Below are positions 1 to 10,301 of a stretch of DNA of 64,000 bases, piece by piece. The translations under genes and the position numbers were made by a program. The notes beneath the pieces are model-generated. The model saw nothing but the letters and a program-made list of their open reading frames with translations, was not told the origin of the DNA and did no database searches. The stretch's first letter is position 1; the number at the start of each line of letters is the position of its first letter. The DNA is from an uncultured Bacilli bacterium (GTDB lineage: Bacteria > Bacillota_I > Bacilli_A > RF39 > UBA660), in assembly GCA_947626565.1 (NCBI GenBank), contig CANQSQ010000005.1, forward strand, positions 6,462 through 70,461, in the 5' to 3' direction.

Positions 1-1820
1 TTGATCAAGATTGTTCACCAGAGTTGACAGCAATGTTAGGGTCATCATTAGCGGTGGCAATTTCTAAAATTCCATTTGGAGGACCTATTGCAGGAGTTAA
101 AGTAGGAAGAGTTAATGGTAAATTTATTATTAATCCAACACCTGAAGAATTAGAAGTATCAGAACTTGATTTAACAGTAGCTGGTACAAAAGAAGCTATT
201 AACATGGTAGAATCTAGTGCTAAACAAGTTGATGAAGATATAATGTTAGAGGCTTTAATGTTTGGTCATAAGGCAGTTAAAGAATTAATTAAATTCCAAG
301 AAAAAATTATTGCTGATATAGGCGAAGAAAAAATGGAATATGAAACTTTAGTTCCTGATGAAGAAATGATTGAGAGAATTAAAGGTTTAGTGACAAAGAA
401 AATGGATAAGGCTCTACGAATTAAAGATAAGTTAAAGAAGTATAATACCATTGATGAGATAAAGGAAGAAATAGTTGATCTTTATACTAAGGAAAATGAA
501 GATATTCTTAAAGATGAAGAATTAAAAGAATTAATTGTTAAAGTTAATATGGTTTTAGAGGATATTGAGTACGAATTATTTAGAAATATTGTTGTTAAAG
601 AAAAGCTTAGAGCTGATGGTAGAAAGATGGATGAAATTAGAAAGTTATCTACGGATATAGATTTACTTCCTAGAACTCATGGTTCAGCTTTATTTACGAG
701 AGGAGAAACACAAGCTTTATCAGTAACGACATTGGGAGCTTTAAATGAACATCAAATTATTGATGGTTTAAGTATGGAAGATCAAAAGAGATTTATGCTA
801 CATTATAACTTTCCTCAGTTTTCAGTAGGTGAAACAGGAAGATATGGAGCACCTGGTAGAAGAGAAATTGGTCATGGAGCTTTAGGAGAAAAAGCATTAG
901 CTCAAGTTATTCCTAGTGAAGAAGAATTTCCATATACTATTAGAGTTGTATCAGAAATATTAGAGTCAAATGGTTCATCATCACAAGCAAGTATTTGTGC
1001 AGGTTGTATGTCTTTAATGGCAGCTGGTGTACCTATTAAAGCACCAGTTGCGGGAATTGCGATGGGTTTAATTACAGCAGGAGATGATTATACTATTTTA
1101 ACAGATATCCAAGGTATGGAAGATCATTTAGGTGATATGGACTTTAAAGTTGCTGGTACAAAAGATGGTATTACAGCTTTACAAATGGATATTAAGATTA
1201 AGGGTATTACAGAGCAAATTTTAAAAGAAGCTTTGTATCAAGCTAAAAAGGCTCGTTTAGAAATTTTGAAAGTAATTGAAAAACAAATAAAAGAACCTCG
1301 TAAAGAAGTATCTAAATATGCTCCTAAGATGGAGACATTTATGATTAATCCACTAAAAATAAAAGATGTTATTGGTAAAGGTGGAGAGATGATTACTAAA
1401 ATTATTTGTGAAGCATCTAATGTTACAGAAGTTACTAATGTAAATGCTGTTAAAGTAGAACTAGAAGATGATGGACGAGTAATTATATATCACTCTGACA
1501 AGGAAATTATTGATAAAACAAGAGAAATGATTGAAAATATTGTTAGAGAAGTAGAAGTTGGAAAAATTTATGAGGCGAAGGTAGTAAAAATTGAAGACTT
1601 TGGTTGTTTCGTAGAGGTATGGCCAGGTTGTGAAGGTTTAGTACATATTTCACAACTAGCACAAGAGAGAGTAGATAAAGTTGAAGATGTAGTAAAAGTT
1701 GGCGATGAAATTATTGTTAAAGCTTTAGGAATGGATAAAAAAGGAAGACAGAACTTTTCAAGAAAAGAAGCTTTACCAAAACCAAAGACTAAAGAAAAAA
1801 AGAATAAAGATGCAGAATAG
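1..1820 (+). CDS. pnp: Polynucleotide phosphorylase, 5'-truncated by the window edge
   Basis: The reading frame is open to position 1. The translation shows an RNase PH-type core ([33 protein letters not shown]), a KH motif ([12 protein letters not shown]) and an S1 domain ([20 protein letters not shown]). Confidence 0.95.
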   Translation, partial: DQDCSPELTAMLGSSLAVAISKIPFGGPIAGVKVGRVNGKFIINPTPEELEVSELDLTVAGTKEAINMVESSAKQVDEDIMLEALMFGHKAVKELIKFQEKIIADIGEEKMEYETLVPDEEMIERIKGLVTKKMDKALRIKDKLKKYNTIDEIKEEIVDLYTKENEDILKDEELKELIVKVNMVLEDIEYELFRNIVVKEKLRADGRKMDEIRKLSTDIDLLPRTHGSALFTRGETQALSVTTLGALNEHQIIDGLSMEDQKRFMLHYNFPQFSVGETGRYGAPGRREIGHGALGEKALAQVIPSEEEFPYTIRVVSEILESNGSSSQASICAGCMSLMAAGVPIKAPVAGIAMGLITAGDDYTILTDIQGMEDHLGDMDFKVAGTKDGITALQMDIKIKGITEQILKEALYQAKKARLEILKVIEKQIKEPRKEVSKYAPKMETFMINPLKIKDVIGKGGEMITKIICEASNVTEVTNVNAVKVELEDDGRVIIYHSDKEIIDKTREMIENIVREVEVGKIYEAKVVKIEDFGCFVEVWPGCEGLVHISQLAQERVDKVEDVVKVGDEIIVKALGMDKKGRQNFSRKEALPKPKTKEKKNKDAE

Positions 1821-1934
1821 TGATGAGAACTTTGTTTCTTGAAGAAAGAAATGAAGTTTTTTATATGAAAAAATAATTACAAAAGTTAAAGTTCAGGAAA
1901 AGAATTTTTTTCATATACTTTAGTAGGTGATGGA

Positions 1935-2789
1935 ATGAAATCTTTAAAATTAAAAGAAGTATTAATAGCTTTAGTTTTATTGGTTTTTAGTTTTTATTAT
2001 ACAAATAAAGCCGTGGAGATAGTGCAAAATGTTGATCCTATTATGAAACAGATAAAAGCAACGACAGATAAATATGAAGTAGGTGCTAAAAATGCACAAG
2101 TGATAGGAAATAAAATAATTCCTGGTATTAATGGGTTAGAAATAGATTATGATGAAAGTTATACTAAAATGAAAAAGTATGGAACTTATAATGAAGCTTT
2201 AACAACTTTTAAAGAGGTAAGTCCCAAAATATCTATTAATAATTATTATGATAAATATATTGTTAAAGGGAATAGTAAAGATAAAAGTGTAGCTTTAGTA
2301 TTTAAAAATTTAGATATTAAAGATAGTAAAGAAATTAGTGATTTGTTTGAAAGAAAAGGGGAAAAAGCAACTTTTTTTATTGACGGAGTAGATTTAGAAA
2401 AAAATTTAGATGCAGTATTAGAAATTAAAAATATGGAGTTAGAGTTGTTAAGTTATAATGGAAAAATAGAAAGAAATTATTTTGAAAGTGCTAAAAACTA
2501 TTTGGAAACAATAACGAAAAGAAAAGCCAAATATTGCTATACAGAGTATGCTAATAAAGAATTATTAGATTTATGTGCATCATTAAAGATGCATACAATT
2601 ATTCCAACGTTAAAAATAGAAAAACATTTATATGCAGACGTAAAAGATAAGCTTAGTAATTCAATTATTATAGCGATGAGTAGTAATGTTGATATTGAAG
2701 AGTTAGCAATGGTTATTGATTATATAAAAATGCGGGGTTATAGATTTCTATATTTAGATGAATTAGTAAGTGAAAGCCTTGAAAAGTAA
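1935..2789 (+). CDS. Membrane-anchored NodB/polysaccharide-deacetylase-like protein (YlxY-like position after pnp) with degenerate catalytic motifs
   Basis: There is an N-terminal TM helix. The segment VALVFKNLD...KATFFIDG aligns by eye to the NodB motif VALTFDDG...KATFF. In B. subtilis pnpA is followed by ylxY. Confidence 0.6.
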   Translation: MKSLKLKEVLIALVLLVFSFYYTNKAVEIVQNVDPIMKQIKATTDKYEVGAKNAQVIGNKIIPGINGLEIDYDESYTKMKKYGTYNEALTTFKEVSPKISINNYYDKYIVKGNSKDKSVALVFKNLDIKDSKEISDLFERKGEKATFFIDGVDLEKNLDAVLEIKNMELELLSYNGKIERNYFESAKNYLETITKRKAKYCYTEYANKELLDLCASLKMHTIIPTLKIEKHLYADVKDKLSNSIIIAMSSNVDIEELAMVIDYIKMRGYRFLYLDELVSESLEK

Positions 2790-2848
2790 AGAGAATTTAT
2801 TGTTTAAATGGAAATTTTATAGTATACTTAGTATTAGGGTGAAGCGAC

Positions 2849-5803
2849 ATGTATTTAAAAGAGATAGTAGCAAGTGGATTTAAATCTTTTGCAGATAAAA
2901 TTGATATAAAACTGGATGGAAAGACAACTTGTATAGTAGGTCCTAATGGTTCAGGTAAAAGTAATGTAGTGGATGCTGTTAGATGGGTTTTAGGAGAACA
3001 ATCAGTTAAATCGCTTCGAGGCGAAGGTTCAATGAGCGATGTTATTTTTTCAGGTAGTAAAAGTAGAAATCCTTTGAATGTGGCTTCAGTAGAACTTATA
3101 TTTGATAATAATGATCATTATTTAAATGTACCCTATGTTGAGATATCAATAAAAAGAAGAGTATATAGAAGTGGTGAAAATGAGTACTATTTAAATAATG
3201 AAAAATGTCGGTTAAAAGATATTACTAATTTACTTTTGGATACAGGTATGGCTAGAGAGTCATTTAATATTATTTCCCAAGGAGAAGTAGAGAGAATATT
3301 AAGTAATTCGGCTAATGATAGACGAATTATTTTTGAAGAAGCTTCAGGTATTTTAAAATATAAAAGACGAAAAGAAGAAGCTTTAAAGAAGTTAGATCGA
3401 ACTCATAATAATATTGATAGGGTTAATGATATTATAAAAGAGTTGGAAATGCAGGTTGGTCCATTAAAGGAACAAAGTGAAAAAGCCCAGGAATATTTAG
3501 AAAATAAAAAAGGCTTAGATAAGTATGAAGTAGCTTTATTAGCATATGATATTGAGAATTTGAATGCTATTTTAGACCAGACAAAAAGACAGAAGGAACA
3601 TATAGATGAAGAAATAGTTACGTTACAGAATACAAGTAGTAATAATGATGCTATTTATATGCAAAATAGTACTAAATTAGAAAAATTAGAGTTAGAGAAG
3701 AATGATTTAAATAAACAATTGTTAGAAGTAACGGAAGAAGTAGAAAAAATTAATGGGGAAAGAAAGCTTTTAAAAGAAAGAAGTAAGACAACTAAGGAAG
3801 AGGATGAAGTAAAAGAAAATATTAGAGAATTATTAGATGCTAAGGCTAAATTAGAAAGAAATATTGTTGTTTTAGAAGAAGAAGTAAAAAGTGTAAGTAA
3901 AGAAATAGTAAATCAGGGCGAAAAAATTAGAGTTAAAGAAGAAGAGCTAAAAAGCATTAAAATGACTAGACGGATGCTTAATAATGACTATGCTGAACAT
4001 GATCAAAATATTGTTTCGATGGAACATAAAATTGGTAATTTAAAGAATGAAATAGAACAAGGAACGGATATGCCTAATAGTGTTAGGAAAGTGCTAAAAG
4101 AAACTAGTTTAGAAGGTATTCATAATACTATAGGTAATATTTTAACTATTGATCAGGAATATATAAAGGCTTTAGAGGTAGCTATTAGTGCGAATAAGAA
4201 CTTTATTATAACAACTAATGAAGAGGCAGCTAAAGGAGCTATTAACTTTTTAAAAGATAACCATTATGGACGAGCAACTTTTTTTCCAATGAATGTTATT
4301 AAAGAAAGATACATAGATTATGAGAGCTTAAATATTTTAAAAAATAGTAGTGATTTTATTGGGGTTTTGAGTGATTTAGTTTCTTATAATAATAAATATG
4401 AAAATATTGTTAAGAATCAATTAGGAATTGTTGTAGTAGCAACTAATATTGATAGTGCTATTAGACTTTCACATATGATTAAGGCTCGATATAAAATAGT
4501 TACTTTAGATGGTGAAGTTGTCAATGTGGGTGGTTCATTAGTAGGTGGTTCAATTAATTCTTCTAAAAGTGTTGTTTCTTTAAAACAAGAGGTTAAACAT
4601 TTAGAGGCTAAAAAAGAGCTTTATCAAAAGGAACTAGAAGAAATTCAAAAGGAGTTACAGGAAGTAAATAATAATATTGCTAAAACGGAAGAAGATTTCT
4701 TTGTATTGACCAAGGAAGAAGTACACTTAAAAGAAGTGTTAGAAAGTAAAAAGAACGAGTTAAAGGAATTAGAACAAAATAAAGAAGAAGTAAAGCAAGA
4801 ATATGAATCCTTAGAAGTTATAAAGAGTAATTCTTTTAATGAGAAAGAAGAAGAGTTAATTAATTTATTTCATGAAAAGAGTGCTACTAAAGAACAAATA
4901 CAAGTAAAAATGAATTCAATTAGTAAAGAGATTGATGAATTAAAAGAGGCCATAGAAAAGGCTCAGGCTTTAGAAAAAGTAAAAAATAGTAAACTTCGAA
5001 CTTTGGAAAAACAAGCTCGAGATTTGGAAATTGAAATTAATAGAGCTGATGTAAAGATAGATAATATGTTAAATACTTTGAGTGTAGATTATGAACTTAC
5101 GTTTTCTAAAGCTAAAAGTGATTATAAATTAGATATTGAACCGGATGAGGCTAGAAATAAGGTAAATACTTATCGAGCTAATATTAAAAGAATTGGTATG
5201 GTTAATATTGATGCTATAGAAGAGTATGAAAGAGTTAATACACGGTATGTTTTTTTGAATAATCAAAGAGAAGATTTATTAAAGGCTGAAGATACGTTAT
5301 TAGAAATTATGAATGAAATGGATGACGTCATGAAAGAAGAGTTCTTTAATACATTTATGAATATTAAAGAAGAATTTAAAAAAGTATTTAAAGAATTATT
5401 TGGGGGCGGAAATGCCGATTTAAAAATGACAGATCCAGATAATTTATTGACGACAGGAATTGAGATAGTTGCTTCACCTCCAGGTAAGAAGTTAACGACT
5501 ATTTCCTTGTTGTCTGGAGGAGAGAAAACGTTAACGGCTATTTCGTTATTATTTGCTATTCTTAATGTTAGAACAGTACCATTTTGTTTGTTTGATGAGG
5601 TTGAAGCGGCATTAGATGAAGCTAATGTAGCCCGCTTTGGTAAATATTTAGAGCATTATCGAGATAAGACTCAGTTCTTAATTATTACGCATAAAAAGAA
5701 AACAATGGAGTATGCTAAAACATTGTATGGAATAACAATGCAAGAATCAGGGGTATCAAAGTTAGTAAGTGTAAAATTAGAAGATCATGCCGAAGTAGTG
5801 TAA
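2849..5803 (+). CDS. smc: Chromosome segregation protein SMC (984 aa, short-arm form)
   Basis: It has a Walker A (GPNGSGKSNVVDA), long coiled-coil regions, a hinge (GRATFFP), the signature motif LSGGEKTLTAISLLFA and a Walker B (FCLFDEVEAALD). Confidence 0.95.
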   Translation: MYLKEIVASGFKSFADKIDIKLDGKTTCIVGPNGSGKSNVVDAVRWVLGEQSVKSLRGEGSMSDVIFSGSKSRNPLNVASVELIFDNNDHYLNVPYVEISIKRRVYRSGENEYYLNNEKCRLKDITNLLLDTGMARESFNIISQGEVERILSNSANDRRIIFEEASGILKYKRRKEEALKKLDRTHNNIDRVNDIIKELEMQVGPLKEQSEKAQEYLENKKGLDKYEVALLAYDIENLNAILDQTKRQKEHIDEEIVTLQNTSSNNDAIYMQNSTKLEKLELEKNDLNKQLLEVTEEVEKINGERKLLKERSKTTKEEDEVKENIRELLDAKAKLERNIVVLEEEVKSVSKEIVNQGEKIRVKEEELKSIKMTRRMLNNDYAEHDQNIVSMEHKIGNLKNEIEQGTDMPNSVRKVLKETSLEGIHNTIGNILTIDQEYIKALEVAISANKNFIITTNEEAAKGAINFLKDNHYGRATFFPMNVIKERYIDYESLNILKNSSDFIGVLSDLVSYNNKYENIVKNQLGIVVVATNIDSAIRLSHMIKARYKIVTLDGEVVNVGGSLVGGSINSSKSVVSLKQEVKHLEAKKELYQKELEEIQKELQEVNNNIAKTEEDFFVLTKEEVHLKEVLESKKNELKELEQNKEEVKQEYESLEVIKSNSFNEKEEELINLFHEKSATKEQIQVKMNSISKEIDELKEAIEKAQALEKVKNSKLRTLEKQARDLEIEINRADVKIDNMLNTLSVDYELTFSKAKSDYKLDIEPDEARNKVNTYRANIKRIGMVNIDAIEEYERVNTRYVFLNNQREDLLKAEDTLLEIMNEMDDVMKEEFFNTFMNIKEEFKKVFKELFGGGNADLKMTDPDNLLTTGIEIVASPPGKKLTTISLLSGGEKTLTAISLLFAILNVRTVPFCLFDEVEAALDEANVARFGKYLEHYRDKTQFLIITHKKKTMEYAKTLYGITMQESGVSKLVSVKLEDHAEVV

Positions 5804-5817
5804 AAATTTTGGTACTT

Positions 5818-5848
5818 AGTGTATATATAAACTATATACACTTTTTTT
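5818..5848. terminator. Bidirectional intrinsic terminator between convergent smc and def
   Basis: A 10-bp stem agtgtatata/tatatacact with a 5-nt loop is followed by T7 on the + strand and preceded by an A-run that gives a T-run on the - strand. Confidence 0.8.
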
Positions 5849-5862
5849 AGCAAAAAAAAAGA

Positions 5863-6420
5863 CTAAATGGCACGCATTTCGTCTTGTCCTTTGAAAGGAT
5901 TTTTCTTATCAATTTTATCAGTAAATAGAATACCATTTAAATGGTCAATTTCATGTTGAAAAGCAATAGCTAATTCTTCACGAGCTCGAACATTGATTTT
6001 TTTACCATCAATATCATAACCTTCAACAGTAACACGAGCATAACGAGGAACAATACCTTCAACGGGACGATTGACACTTAAACAGCCTTCACCACCTTCA
6101 ACATAAATTTGTTCCATGGAATTACTAATAATTTTAGGATTAATAATAACATAAGTTTCAAATTGACCTTCATCATATTCATTAACAACGACAAAGTATC
6201 TTTTAGGAACACCTAATTGAATAGCTGCCATACCCATACCAGGACGAAGATTATATTTTTCAGCTAATTCTTCAATTTGAGAGTCATGTAAATATTCAAT
6301 CATCTTATTAATTAAATCTTTATCTTTTTTAGTAAGAGGAAATTGAACTTCTTTACTAATAAGTTTTAAACGTTTATCTTTTTCATCTAGGATGTCACTA
6401 TTTTTTAACACTACTACCAC
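5863..6420 (-). CDS. def: Peptide deformylase
   Basis: The three deformylase motifs are present: GMAAIQLG, EGCLS and HEIDHLNG. The start may be the GTG at 6420 or the in-frame GTG at 6411. Confidence 0.93.
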   Translation of the reverse strand: MVVVLKNSDILDEKDKRLKLISKEVQFPLTKKDKDLINKMIEYLHDSQIEELAEKYNLRPGMGMAAIQLGVPKRYFVVVNEYDEGQFETYVIINPKIISNSMEQIYVEGGEGCLSVNRPVEGIVPRYARVTVEGYDIDGKKINVRAREELAIAFQHEIDHLNGILFTDKIDKKNPFKGQDEMRAI

Positions 6421-6469
6421 CTCAGTCTTTTATATTTTACTATATTTTAGAAAAAAATAAAATACTTAA

Positions 6470-7411
6470 TTATTTTTTATAAATTTTTTTAGGTATATTT
6501 TCTTTATAATAAAAGAAATCTTCAATATTTTTAATTAATTCAAGACACTCTGTATTGTCAGGATTATAAAAAAGAGTATCAAAAGAATAAGAAAAGGCAG
6601 CAAAACAATCTTGATTTAAGTAGGCATTAAATTGTTGTTTTAAAAGAGAAATATTACCTGTTATTAAATGGGGTTCAAAAATATTTTTAAAAGTAGGTAG
6701 GTGCCAAAGATTTTCTAATAGATAAGCTATGTTTTCATAACTAAGAATACTTTCTAATCTAGTGAAATTGATGGTGTTAAGAAAATTTACTAAGGGTTTA
6801 TTATTAACTAGTGGTTTTAGAAGACGGATATTTTTAAGCATTTCTTGAACTTGTAAAACGTTGATAACTTCATCTAAATATTCATTTTCCGAAAAAAAGC
6901 GACCATCTAAGTATTCGGTTACTATTTGGAGACCATTTCTTTCTTGACAGTATCCTTCTTTATTATCAATAAAATGACTATTGTAGATAGATTTAATAAT
7001 ATGATTTAATTCATGAGTAAGAGCTTCAATAGTTTCTGTATCATCATAAAGGTAAGTAGAAATGGCTACTAAAGGATTAGTTTGATCTAAATGTATAATA
7101 TGCTTTTCTTTATCAAAAATAAAACTGATACCGGAAAAAGAAGTAGCTGGATAAAAACAATCATCTAACTTTTTCTCTTCCTCTAGTTGTTCTGGTAAAA
7201 TAATATCTTTTAATATTTCTTGTAAAGGAGCATTTTCAATAATTATTTCAGTTGAAGACATGATATCTTCTATTAAGGTGTGATACTTGGGATATTTAGT
7301 GAGAAGTACAAAACAACTTAATAGAAGGTGATTATAGTAGGGGTGATTTTGATAAGTTTTATTAATTATATTTTGAGCTTGTAGATAATTGGTTAGTAAG
7401 TTTTTTGACAT
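6470..7411 (-). CDS. Hypothetical protein with a single HExxH motif (possible metallopeptidase)
   Basis: This is a 313-aa ORF with compact spacing to its neighbours and the motif ALTHELNHII. I recognise no other family signature. Confidence 0.55.
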   Translation of the reverse strand: MSKNLLTNYLQAQNIINKTYQNHPYYNHLLLSCFVLLTKYPKYHTLIEDIMSSTEIIIENAPLQEILKDIILPEQLEEEKKLDDCFYPATSFSGISFIFDKEKHIIHLDQTNPLVAISTYLYDDTETIEALTHELNHIIKSIYNSHFIDNKEGYCQERNGLQIVTEYLDGRFFSENEYLDEVINVLQVQEMLKNIRLLKPLVNNKPLVNFLNTINFTRLESILSYENIAYLLENLWHLPTFKNIFEPHLITGNISLLKQQFNAYLNQDCFAAFSYSFDTLFYNPDNTECLELIKNIEDFFYYKENIPKKIYKK

Positions 7412-7496
7412 AATTATTTTTTATTAATCAATAAAGTTGATTAAGTCCTTTCTCTTTAGTTGTTTATGGTAACAAAGTTTAGTAAAAAAGTCAAAA

Positions 7497-7527
7497 AAAA
7501 GAGAATAGTTAAAGGAAACTATTCACT
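7497..7527 (-). terminator. Intrinsic terminator of the tiny YjcZ-like gene
   Basis: On the - strand the stem gaatagtt/aactattc is followed by a T-run (the + strand shows aaaaaaaagagaatagtt...actattc). Confidence 0.6.
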
Positions 7528-7531
7528 TAAA

Positions 7532-7702
7532 TTAATAGAACCAACGAGTTCCTAAAACGATTACTAGTAAAATAAATAGAACTAAAATAATGGCATAATT
7601 AGAACTATTTGAATTATTAGTATTTCCTCCATAATAAGTCATAGGGTAGTAGTATGGAGTTTGATTAGAGCAACAAGAAGTTCCGCCACCATAATAATAC
7701 AT
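7532..7702 (-). CDS. Tiny Tyr/Gly-rich membrane protein, YjcZ-like (56 aa, below the ORF-track cutoff)
   Basis: My hand translation is MYYYGGGTSCCSNQTPYYYPMTYYGGNTNNSNSSNYAIILVLFILLVIVLGTRWFY. A strong RBS (AGGAGG) lies 7 nt upstream. The composition and the C-terminal hydrophobic helix resemble the Bacillus/Clostridium YjcZ tiny-TM family. Confidence 0.6.
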   Translation of the reverse strand: MYYYGGGTSCCSNQTPYYYPMTYYGGNTNNSNSSNYAIILVLFILLVIVLGTRWFY

Positions 7703-7840
7703 AAAAATCCTCCTTTACTTAATCTAATATAAAATATGTAAATTTACAAATTTTGTTAATAAAAGTAACCTATATAAACGTAAAATACAAAAATATGAAT
7801 AAATTTGTGGTATATTATATTGTAGAAGGGAAGATGGCTC

Positions 7841-8980
7841 TTGAAAAAAATAATAAAATATTCAGATAAACCATTATTAATAGTGTCAATAATTTTATTT
7901 TCTTTAGGGCTAGTTATGGTCTTTTCAGCATCAAATGTTACAGCTTATATGTCACATGCTGTTAGTCCATATAATTATTTTATTAAACAAGCTATTTTTC
8001 TTTTTGTTGGATTTATTGGAGCTTTAGCAATGATTAAGTTCACGACTAAGGCCTATGGAATGTTTTCATGGGGATTACTAATAATAATTACAATAAGTTT
8101 AGCTGTTTTGTTAGCTATAGGTGATCCACAAAAAGGTGTTGTTGGATGGTTTGATTTAGGCTTTTTTAGTATCCAACCGAGTGAATTTGCGAAAGTTATA
8201 ACAATAGTTTGGTTAGCTAGTTATTATGATAAAAATAAAAATAAATTAAAATCATATGGTAAAAGTTTATTTCCAATGTTTGTCTGTGGTGTGATAGCAG
8301 CTTTAATATTTTTGGAGCCAGATTTAGGTACCACAATAGTTTATAGTGTAATAGTAGGATTAATTTTTTTAGCTGTTCCTATAAAGAAAGATATAAAATT
8401 AAAAACAGTTATAGTAGTTTTAGGAATGCTTATTTTTGGAATAGTTGCTATATTTAGTTTTGGTAAAAAGATTTTATCAGATAGACAGATGGAAAGATTT
8501 AATTTTACTAATCCGTGTGAAAGAATTTTATCAGATGGTAATCAAGTATGTAATTGTTATATTGCTATTAATAATGGCGGATTAACAGGCGTTGGTTTAG
8601 GAAATTCTACGCAGAAGTATTTGTATTTACCTGAACCATATACCGATTTCATTTTTGCCATAATAGTAGAAGAATTAGGTTTAGTAACAGGGATTATAAT
8701 TATACTTTTATACATGTTTGTGTTGTATCGAATTTTAAAGATTGGACGAATGAGTAGTACTAATAGAGGAGCTGTTATGTGTTATGGAGTAGCTATATAT
8801 ATCTTTTTACATATAGCGGTTAATTTATTAGGAATATTTGGATTAATGCCTATGACAGGAGTACCTTTACCATTTATGAGTTATGGTGGAAGTTTTACGA
8901 TATGTTTAATAGCCGCTTTAACTTTGGTTCAAAGGGTGAGCGTTGAGAATGGAATTATGAGAGAAAGAGCTAGTAAATAA
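7841..8980 (+). CDS. SEDS-family peptidoglycan glycosyltransferase (FtsW/RodA/SpoVE)
   Basis: The protein has about 10 TM helices and SEDS motifs (QPSEFAKV, EPDLGT, PEPYTDFIFA, GVPLPFMSYGGS). It starts at a TTG. Confidence 0.9.
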   Translation: MKKIIKYSDKPLLIVSIILFSLGLVMVFSASNVTAYMSHAVSPYNYFIKQAIFLFVGFIGALAMIKFTTKAYGMFSWGLLIIITISLAVLLAIGDPQKGVVGWFDLGFFSIQPSEFAKVITIVWLASYYDKNKNKLKSYGKSLFPMFVCGVIAALIFLEPDLGTTIVYSVIVGLIFLAVPIKKDIKLKTVIVVLGMLIFGIVAIFSFGKKILSDRQMERFNFTNPCERILSDGNQVCNCYIAINNGGLTGVGLGNSTQKYLYLPEPYTDFIFAIIVEELGLVTGIIIILLYMFVLYRILKIGRMSSTNRGAVMCYGVAIYIFLHIAVNLLGIFGLMPMTGVPLPFMSYGGSFTICLIAALTLVQRVSVENGIMRERASK

Positions 8981-9047
8981 AAGAAAGTTAAGATAAAAGT
9001 AAATACCTAAAAAGGGTGTTTACTTTTCTTTTATATTGTCGAAGTCC

Positions 9048-9076
9048 TTGCAATTTAAGAGACCTTGTGCTATAGT
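9048..9076 (+). promoter_or_regulatory. Sigma-A-type promoter upstream of the DHH gene
   Basis: The -35 element is TTGCAA, the spacer is 17 bp, and the -10 is TATAGT preceded by TGc (extended -10). Confidence 0.5.
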
Positions 9077-9135
9077 AAAAGCGTTTTATTAATAAAAAGA
9101 AAGGAATCAATTTAGAAATTGATTATGTATAGAAA

Positions 9136-10248
9136 ATGAGTGAATTCATGATTGAATTAAGGCTTGTTTTAAGAAAAGAATGCAAGAAGGCTTCTAAAGT
9201 ATTTATAATAGGTCATAATGATCCGGATTTTGATGCTTTGGGCTCAGTATTAGGGTTAGGTTATATAGCCCAGCAGTTAAATGATAATGTTTATCTTATT
9301 ATAGATAAAGTAAAGGACAATGGTATAAAAAATATAAGGGATAGTTTTAAGGACCAATTTCAAATAATAAATGCTTGTCAATTTAATAAATTAAGAGATG
9401 ATGATTCTTTAGTTATTATGAGTGATGTTAATAAAAGAGAATTGTTAGCTATAGATAAAAATATTGATAAAGTAAATAATATAATTATTGTTGATCATCA
9501 TGCTTTAGGTCCAACAACCGTTAAAACAGATAAAGTTTTTATTGATACTACAGCTTCTAGTGCTAGTGAAATAGTAACAAGATTGTTAACTGGTTTTAAG
9601 TTTGCTTATCCTAGTGAAATTGCTAATTTATTGATGGCTGGAATTGTATTGGATACAGCACGTTATTCGAGAAATGTAACTTCTAAAACTCATGATGTAG
9701 CTGAAAAATTATATAAAATGGGGGCTGACGGAAGTTATGTAAATAGTTTGTTTTTAGAAAAATTTGATATTTATAAAAAGGTTCATAATTTAATAGTTAA
9801 TGAAACAATTATAAAAAAATATAAGGATGAATTATTACCTATACAAGTGTCTTTTTCCTTAAATAGGAGTAAGCCTACAACTATTTATAAAAGAGAAGAG
9901 TTAGCTAAAGTGGTTGATAATATGATGCAGTTTGAGTTTGATGCCGCAATAGCGATAGGTTTTATTTCCAAAGATAGTATTTATATTTCTATTAGAAGTA
10001 AAGAAAATATCAATGCAGCAGAAGTTATTTCAGGGATTGGTGGAGGAGATTCAAGAAGAGCGGCAGCATTAGTAAAGTCTAACAATATTTTAGAGATAGA
10101 AAAACAGGTTATGCGAATAGTTGATGAAGCTATTATGCGTATGAAAAAAGAAAAAAAGGCTCTCCAAGAGGAGACTTTGATTTTGGAACTTGATGCTTCT
10201 TCTAAAGAAAAAGATGCGAATAAAGTAAAAGTTTTAAAAAATGTATAA
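9136..10248 (+). CDS. DHH-family phosphoesterase
   Basis: DHH motifs are present: GHNDPDFDALGS, the canonical IIVDHH, and DTARY. Confidence 0.8.
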   Translation: MSEFMIELRLVLRKECKKASKVFIIGHNDPDFDALGSVLGLGYIAQQLNDNVYLIIDKVKDNGIKNIRDSFKDQFQIINACQFNKLRDDDSLVIMSDVNKRELLAIDKNIDKVNNIIIVDHHALGPTTVKTDKVFIDTTASSASEIVTRLLTGFKFAYPSEIANLLMAGIVLDTARYSRNVTSKTHDVAEKLYKMGADGSYVNSLFLEKFDIYKKVHNLIVNETIIKKYKDELLPIQVSFSLNRSKPTTIYKREELAKVVDNMMQFEFDAAIAIGFISKDSIYISIRSKENINAAEVISGIGGGDSRRAAALVKSNNILEIEKQVMRIVDEAIMRMKKEKKALQEETLILELDASSKEKDANKVKVLKNV

Positions 10249-10301
10249 GAAAAGTCGGAAGACTTTCTTTTTTTTGGAATAATAAGGTAGGAGGTGCTAA
10301 G

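Noticed and set aside
9105-9124. A perfect 9+9 palindrome (aatcaattt ag aaattgatt) lies just upstream of the DHH gene start.
   Set aside because: It is plausibly an operator, but it is a single AT-rich palindrome with no second copy in the window and no adjacent regulator gene. The evidence is insufficient for a call.
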